A stretch of 64,000 nucleotides of DNA from Candidatus Bathyarchaeota archaeon (GTDB taxonomy: Archaea; Thermoproteota; Bathyarchaeia; TCS64): positions 736,001-800,000 of the forward strand of contig CAVYVF010000023.1 of the NCBI GenBank assembly GCA_963771885.1, read 5' to 3'. The notes beneath the pieces were generated by a model. That model did no database searches, was not told the DNA's origin, and saw only the letters and a program-made list of their open reading frames with translations. The position numbers and the translations under genes were made by a program. Within the stretch, counting starts at the first letter, position 1. The number at the start of each line of letters is the position of its first letter. Positions 58,720-64,000 of the stretch are shown one piece after another.

Positions 58720-60229
58720 ATGAGTGACTCTGCACTACTATTGGAAAAGAAGATCGCCGGAGATCTTAGAAAAGCCCAGAACAACATGTTCAGCGGTAAA
58801 AATGATGACGCCTGGGGAATAATCGAGGCGGTGTCGTCGGATATTGAGCAGTTAAAAAGTATTAATCCCAACAGTCGCTCGATAGCCTCGTTTGAGCAAC
58901 AATTCAATCGCCTAAGACAAGACTTGGAGAAGAAGCTGAAGAAAGGCGCCGGCTCAGCTCCGCCAACCTTCACAGCTCCGACACCACCTAAAATTTCGTC
59001 AACCCCTGTCGCGGCTCAACCGTCGACTCAGGTGAAGCCTTCGAGTGAAGCCAAGTTACCCGGCGGAGTGACTAAACGTCTCGAAGAGATGGAGAAGCGG
59101 CTTCAGCAGGCTGAGGATTCTTTGAATCAGGCTGAGAGCCGAGTGTCGATTGATAGGGCTAAGCACCATTTGGAGTATGTGCGGGGCTCCTATGAGGAGT
59201 TGGAGAGAATGTATAAAGAGCATACGAATCACCCCGATGTTCAAACTATTAAGGGAAAACTCTCCGCTTTAACGAGTAAAATAGATGCAATTCAGGAGAA
59301 GCTTGAATCCGGAGCGGCGTCAGCCGAGGAAAACAAGTCGCGTGTAGAGAGCCGCTCGAAGGATTGGGTGGAGAAGATACAGCCATACCTGCCGGGCGGT
59401 GCCCGTGAGAAGCAACTCGAGCTCTCGCGAATAAGGGGGAAGCAGAGCCTCATAAACCAAAAAAACCTGTTGAACGAGGCGAAGAACCTACTAAAGGAAT
59501 TCGAGTCCTCGGATTGGTCAACCGGGAAGACTGAGGAACTTGAAAAAGCCGAAAAAGACCTCAAGCATAGAATAGATGAGGGACAAACGGCTCTTCGAGC
59601 AGAGCATCCAAAGCATTTTGGGTGACGCAGGGTCCATAATCGACGAAAAACTGGCGCAGTTCAAGAAGGATAGTGCCTGGCGTAAGGATGCGTCTCTCCG
59701 ACCAAACTGGCTACTAAGAGGAGACCGTCAGAGCATCGATGAGAAGATGGGTCTAGTCGATGAACTTGTTCCGGAGATACTCCCCAAAAATAACCCGGAG
59801 CTACTCGACCTGAAGAACAGGCTCACCGAACTAGAAGAGGAGAACCGTGGACGCCTAGCTGAGTTGCCGAAGAGAACCTTCATGGCACCCTCAAAATATT
59901 CGGGGGCAGACGCGGATACCCTGAGGGAGAAAGCGGCGCAGTTGGTCAAGGACATCGTTCCTGAAGCCACGATCCTGAAGGTACATCTGATTCGTGAGGA
60001 TTGGCGGGTGGAAGACGTTGTGGAGCATACCGACACCAGCAGAACGGCGATTCACCGCAGAGTAACATATCATATGCCAGCCCAGGTGGCGGCGCGTGTC
60101 GGTGACAAGGTACAACTGTATAATGCGCACGTCGCAAAAAACCAGCGCCCCGACGGTTCATTTGACCGCCTGTATGGAAACCTCGAGGAATACCCGAAGG
60201 AAATAGCGCCTGAAAACCTGCCGAAGTAA
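58720..60229 (+). CDS. large helical/coiled-coil hypothetical protein (apparent +1 frameshift at ~59590)
   Basis: Two overlapping ORFs (58720-59625, 59576-60229) that join by removing one base; Pro/Ser/Thr linker; AT-richer codons. Confidence 0.7.
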
Positions 60230-60287
60230 CACAATATCTCCCCGCGACAGAATAAATCATTAAAAAGCTCTGTTTAACGAAAAGATG

Positions 60288-60362
60288 TGGTGGACTGGAG
60301 GGGAATTGAACCCCTGACCTCCGCCATGCCAAGGCGGCGATATACGGCTAATCTACCAGCCC
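60288..60362 (-). tRNA. tRNA-Ala (anticodon GGC), CCA encoded, atypical D loop
   Basis: GGGCTGG/CCAGTCC with G3:U70, CCGCC-TTGGCAT-GGCGG, AGGGG-TTCAATT-CCCCT; TTTAAA box at 60391-60396. Confidence 0.92.
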
Positions 60363-60407
60363 AGCCAAAACAACACACCAGCACCAACCGTTTAAACATT
60401 ACCCCGA

Positions 60408-61682
60408 CTACGGAGAGGTCTCCTGAGTCGGGTCACTGATCAGCCCCGAGAACAGTATCGAACCCGAGCGGTCGTCCCTAATCACAAACATGTATGGACG
60501 GTCCACGATGAACTCGGTCCTAATCGGCGCACTCGTCAACCCGATGCCAACGTTCGTCGCCGCGGCGGCCTCGGTCCCCTCCTCATTCACCTCAACGACC
60601 GCCTTATGGTCCACGAAGGCGATGAAGAGGCGCTCAGGCGCCACGTCCGCTATCCCGCTAAAGTCAGCCGCGCTGCGGTCAAAGGCCAAGCCCATGCCCA
60701 GGCTCGTCAAGGCGTCCTTCAGGTCGACCTTCCCATACTCAAGCTTGAGCTTCGGCATACGGAGGTCAAGCTCCCTCTCCGACACATTGGTGATGTAGGA
60801 CTCCAGTTCCTCGCCCGTGAGCCCAGAGGTGAACTCCTCGAGAGAGCTGCCCTCCGCTGGGAGGAAGACGTACATAGCGACCTTGTCCCTCCCATAGGGG
60901 AGGCGGGCAATCTGCACCTCGTCGTCGCCGTAGTAGGCGTAGTCCCCCACCCTGCTCATCATGTCGACCTGGACGGTTGATCCATCCACCGTCTTGAAGT
61001 CGGCGGCCCTCGTAAGGGCGGCGTCGAACTTGTCCACCCACGCCCCCTTGAAGTAGATTGCGTTGATGAGGAACATCACAATCTCCGCGTCGATGTCGTC
61101 GACCATCTTTGTGATCTTGCCGTTCGTCTCATCTTCTATCCAAGAGTTGACATCGGTGACGGTCGAGCCGTCGAAGGGCCTGACGTAGACCTCGCTCATG
61201 AAGTACTCCGAGAGTGCATCCGTGAACGTGGGCTTCACCCTGTCGGCGAAGCTCGACCTGATCCAGACCGAGTCCCCGATGTTGAGGCTCACATCCTTGT
61301 CCGCGTTCTCCAGGCTCTCGATGAGCGTCTTGAAGCCGGCGTTGACCTCCTCATCGCTCATCCACCCGAAGCCGAGTGCCTCGGCCATCGCCTGCTTCGT
61401 CGTAGTGTTCGCCCCGTTGTAAGCCATGCTCAGGGCAACGCTGACGCTGAGCGGCGAGATGAAGACGTTGCCCCCGCCCTGCGACCTCTGGAGCTGCCAC
61501 AGCAGCCTGACGGCGAAGTCAGTGTTAGCGGCGACCAACGAAGCATCGACATCCGCGGCTTTAGCATCCGAGTCGGCGTAGGCGAGCCCCGCAGAGAGGA
61601 AGTTGAGCAGGACGCCCACCCCACCCATGATCAGGAGCAATACGACTCCAACGAGTAAGCGACGCCTTGAAGGATTCATCAA
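60408..61682 (-). CDS. membrane-anchored serpin
   Basis: NVFISPLS, GA...T, VNSWI..TNGKI, NAIYFKGAW, EEGTEAAAAT hinge, DRPYMF. Confidence 0.95.
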   Translation of the reverse strand: MMNPSRRRLLVGVVLLLIMGGVGVLLNFLSAGLAYADSDAKAADVDASLVAANTDFAVRLLWQLQRSQGGGNVFISPLSVSVALSMAYNGANTTTKQAMAEALGFGWMSDEEVNAGFKTLIESLENADKDVSLNIGDSVWIRSSFADRVKPTFTDALSEYFMSEVYVRPFDGSTVTDVNSWIEDETNGKITKMVDDIDAEIVMFLINAIYFKGAWVDKFDAALTRAADFKTVDGSTVQVDMMSRVGDYAYYGDDEVQIARLPYGRDKVAMYVFLPAEGSSLEEFTSGLTGEELESYITNVSERELDLRMPKLKLEYGKVDLKDALTSLGMGLAFDRSAADFSGIADVAPERLFIAFVDHKAVVEVNEEGTEAAAATNVGIGLTSAPIRTEFIVDRPYMFVIRDDRSGSILFSGLISDPTQETSP

Positions 61683-61832
61683 CCATCTATTCGAAGCGGA
61701 CGAATATTATTCTAGGGATTAGAACACCCTGCCTCACCACGAACTCCCGTTCGAATACGCAGCTTCGCCGAGGCAATCACGAACCCACCCAAAGTACTAT
61801 ATCGCGAATATGCCCATCTCCCATGAACCGAC

Positions 61833-62583
61833 GTGAACGCCGTCAAGGACATGTTGAAGGCGGGTAAGACCGCCGTTGGAACGACCGGTGGGCCGACGAG
61901 CCCCGCAGACTGGCTAGCCGAATCGGGCTTCGACTTCATCCTATTCGACACCCAGCACTCCCCCGTGGAGATCAAGGAGCTGAAGGGGGCGGTCGAGGCG
62001 ATGAAGGGCAAAAAAGCCATCCCCGTAATCAGGGTCGGGGAGAACAACCAGGCCCTCATCTGCTACGCCCTCGACATCGGCGCCAAGGGCATCATCGTGC
62101 CGATGGTCGACACAAGGAAGATGGCGGAGGACATGGTCAAGTGGTGCAAGTACCCGCCCGAGGGCGTGAGGAGCTCCGCAGGCGTCAGGGGCGAGTGGGG
62201 CAAGTACGACAAGTACCGCGACTACATGGACGCCTTCAACAGGGAGATACTCATCATCCCCATGATCGAGACCATCGAGTCGATGAACAACATCGACGAG
62301 ATACTCTCCGTACCCGGAATCGACGTCCTCCTCGTCGGCCCCTCGGACCTCTCCATTAACCTAGGGATAACCCTCGACTACGGTAACCCGAAGTACGCTG
62401 AGGCGCTCCAGAAAATCGCCGACGCCTGCAAGAGACACAACGTCACGGCGGGCATGTACTTCATACCCCCCGGATGGGAGCCCGAACAGGCTCGTCGACA
62501 TGGGCTTCAAGCTCTTCACGCTGCCCTGGAACAGCTGGGCGACCAACGGAGTGGCGAAGGGACTAGAAGCCATTAAGAGGTAA
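61833..62583 (+). CDS. HpcH/HpaI aldolase family protein (apparent +1 frameshift at ~62482)
   Basis: GFDF..FDTQH, LDIGA.GIIVPMV, YPPEG.R, MIET, VGPSDL; corrected tail NRLVDMGFKLF...KR-stop. Confidence 0.88.
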
Positions 62584-62655
62584 AAACCGCGCCATCGGGG
62601 GAACGATTCCTTCTCAGAACGACCCCGAATTCACGATTGATTCTGCAAATGTTTT

Positions 62656-63432
62656 CTACTTCATAAAGTGTCCGCCATCAACGAGCAGAGTCTGGCCGTG
62701 AACATAGCTTGCCTCATCAGAGGCCATGAAGACGATCACGTTCGCGATGTCCCCAGGGGTCCCCAGTCGCTTAGCGGGAACCGAGTCGATGAACTCCGCG
62801 TAATCGGCCTCTTCCTCCCGTGTCATGCCCCGTGAGTTGGCACCTCTACCTTTTCCTGTGTACACCAACCCCGGAGCGATGCAGTTGACGTTAATATTCT
62901 GTCCCGCGAGCTCCAGCGCAAGTTGTCTGGTTAAACCCCCGAGGCCGGCCTTCGAAGCAGCGTATGCATGAATTCCAGTCCTACTATAGACAACACCGGC
63001 ACCAGAACCAACGTTCACGATCTTTCCATACTTCTGTCTCCTCATATATGGAGTCGCGAATCTGATGCAGTTGAATTGGCCGGTAAGATTAACATCGAGA
63101 ACTCTGTCCCAGTCCTCCTTTTTCACATCTTCAACGTTCTGATGCTTTGGAACGTCCCACCAGCCGGCGTTATTGATCAGAATATCCAGCCTACCGAACC
63201 TTGCCGCCGTCTCTTCGACCATATTCTTCACCGCGTCGACGTCCGTGACATCGGCTATGAAGTATGTTGCTTTCCCGCCGGATGCGGCTATTTCTTCGGC
63301 AACATGTTTGCACGAGTCAGACTGGGAGTTACAGACTACTATGGCTCCTCTTTCCGCCAATAACTTTGCAGCGGCTTCACCGATACCATGGCCGGCTCCA
63401 GTTACTATCGCTACTTTATCCTTGAAAGACAA
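62656..63432 (-). CDS. short-chain dehydrogenase/reductase (FabG-like)
   Basis: TGAGHGIG, NNAG, YAASK, NCIAPG, VDGG. Confidence 0.93.
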   Translation of the reverse strand: MSFKDKVAIVTGAGHGIGEAAAKLLAERGAIVVCNSQSDSCKHVAEEIAASGGKATYFIADVTDVDAVKNMVEETAARFGRLDILINNAGWWDVPKHQNVEDVKKEDWDRVLDVNLTGQFNCIRFATPYMRRQKYGKIVNVGSGAGVVYSRTGIHAYAASKAGLGGLTRQLALELAGQNINVNCIAPGLVYTGKGRGANSRGMTREEEADYAEFIDSVPAKRLGTPGDIANVIVFMASDEASYVHGQTLLVDGGHFMK

Positions 63433-63536
63433 ATTATTCTAAGCTTTAGAAATATACTATTTAAGACCTCATGAGTGCGCGCGCCAACGTTCTTTAAGCC
63501 GGATCGGTTTACTGACTCCACGAATGGTGAAAGTGT

Positions 63537-63998
63537 ATGGCGAACATTGACGCAATAAAGGAATTCGCGGAACTAGGCTTCACGAGGCTAGACGGCTCAC
63601 TGAAGGACCTCACCGAGGAACAACTCGACTGGACGAGCTGCTCACACGCAAACACGATCAGGAACATTCTGACGCACCTCATCAGCGAGTGGTATGGATT
63701 TGTTCCCAAAGTCATCGCTGGGGATAAGGACGCGAAGGTCAAGGGCGTAGCCGAGGGATACGTCGGAAACAAGGAGCTGAGCCTCGCGAAGATAATGACT
63801 GACCTTAAGGAGGGCAAGGAGCACCTCCGCTCGGAGCTTGGCAAGGTTAAGCAGGAGGATCTGGCTAAGGAGATGGATTGGTTCATGGGCAAGAAGCCCA
63901 GGGGCTTTTATCTCATGCTGGGGGTCAGCGAGATAATACATCACGAAGGCCAGATCGCCGCGATTCGGGGAGTCGAGAAGCGAATCAAGGGGCTCTAA
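63537..63998 (+). CDS. DinB family protein
   Basis: LTEEQLDW, NTI..ILTHL, HHEGQI. Confidence 0.85.
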   Translation: MANIDAIKEFAELGFTRLDGSLKDLTEEQLDWTSCSHANTIRNILTHLISEWYGFVPKVIAGDKDAKVKGVAEGYVGNKELSLAKIMTDLKEGKEHLRSELGKVKQEDLAKEMDWFMGKKPRGFYLMLGVSEIIHHEGQIAAIRGVEKRIKGL

Positions 63999-64000
63999 GA

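Noticed and set aside
25412..60362. The two tRNA-Ala genes as attL/attR of one 35-kb element
   Set aside because: They are inverted, full-length, different isoacceptors, and the DNA between them is mostly ordinary metabolic genes with no integrase
1..64000. Many long antisense or alternate-frame ORFs (e.g. 550-1353, 32327-33037, 46443-47291, 37701-38663)
   Set aside because: They lie on top of well-supported genes and are expected shadows of GC3-rich coding sequence; none has a recognisable motif

Overview
A gene-dense, GC-rich archaeal window. Trm1, archaeal AsnA, Lhr, ScpB, TATA-type promoters and a stand-alone tRNA-Ala(UGC) point to a TACK archaeon, most plausibly Bathyarchaeia (inference from gene content, not a database result). 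It holds about 65 CDS and two tRNA-Ala genes (UGC and GGC). I found no rRNA, CRISPR array or intact transposase/integrase. The content is mostly housekeeping plus peptide and amino-acid catabolism. A C1 block spans 28.9-44 kb: a translationally coupled hdrC-hdrB-fdhA trio, a formate channel, a corrinoid methyltransferase cluster with its reductive activator, and a convergent core MetE. Eight genes carry single-base frameshifts that look like assembly errors. The leads most worth following are (1) a ~160-nt highly structured non-coding element with its own TATA box and pyrimidine-rich tail at 25885-26044, (2) hdrCB-fdhA with no hdrA/fdhB in the window, (3) a glycerate-kinase-like/enolase-like pair with active-site substitutions in both partners, (4) the corrinoid cluster facing a core MetE, (5) an IadA-like/amidinotransferase-like operon with altered catalytic residues, and (6) an iteron-like TTAACA array in a decayed island next to tRNA-Ala(GGC). 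All family calls come from motif recognition by eye.
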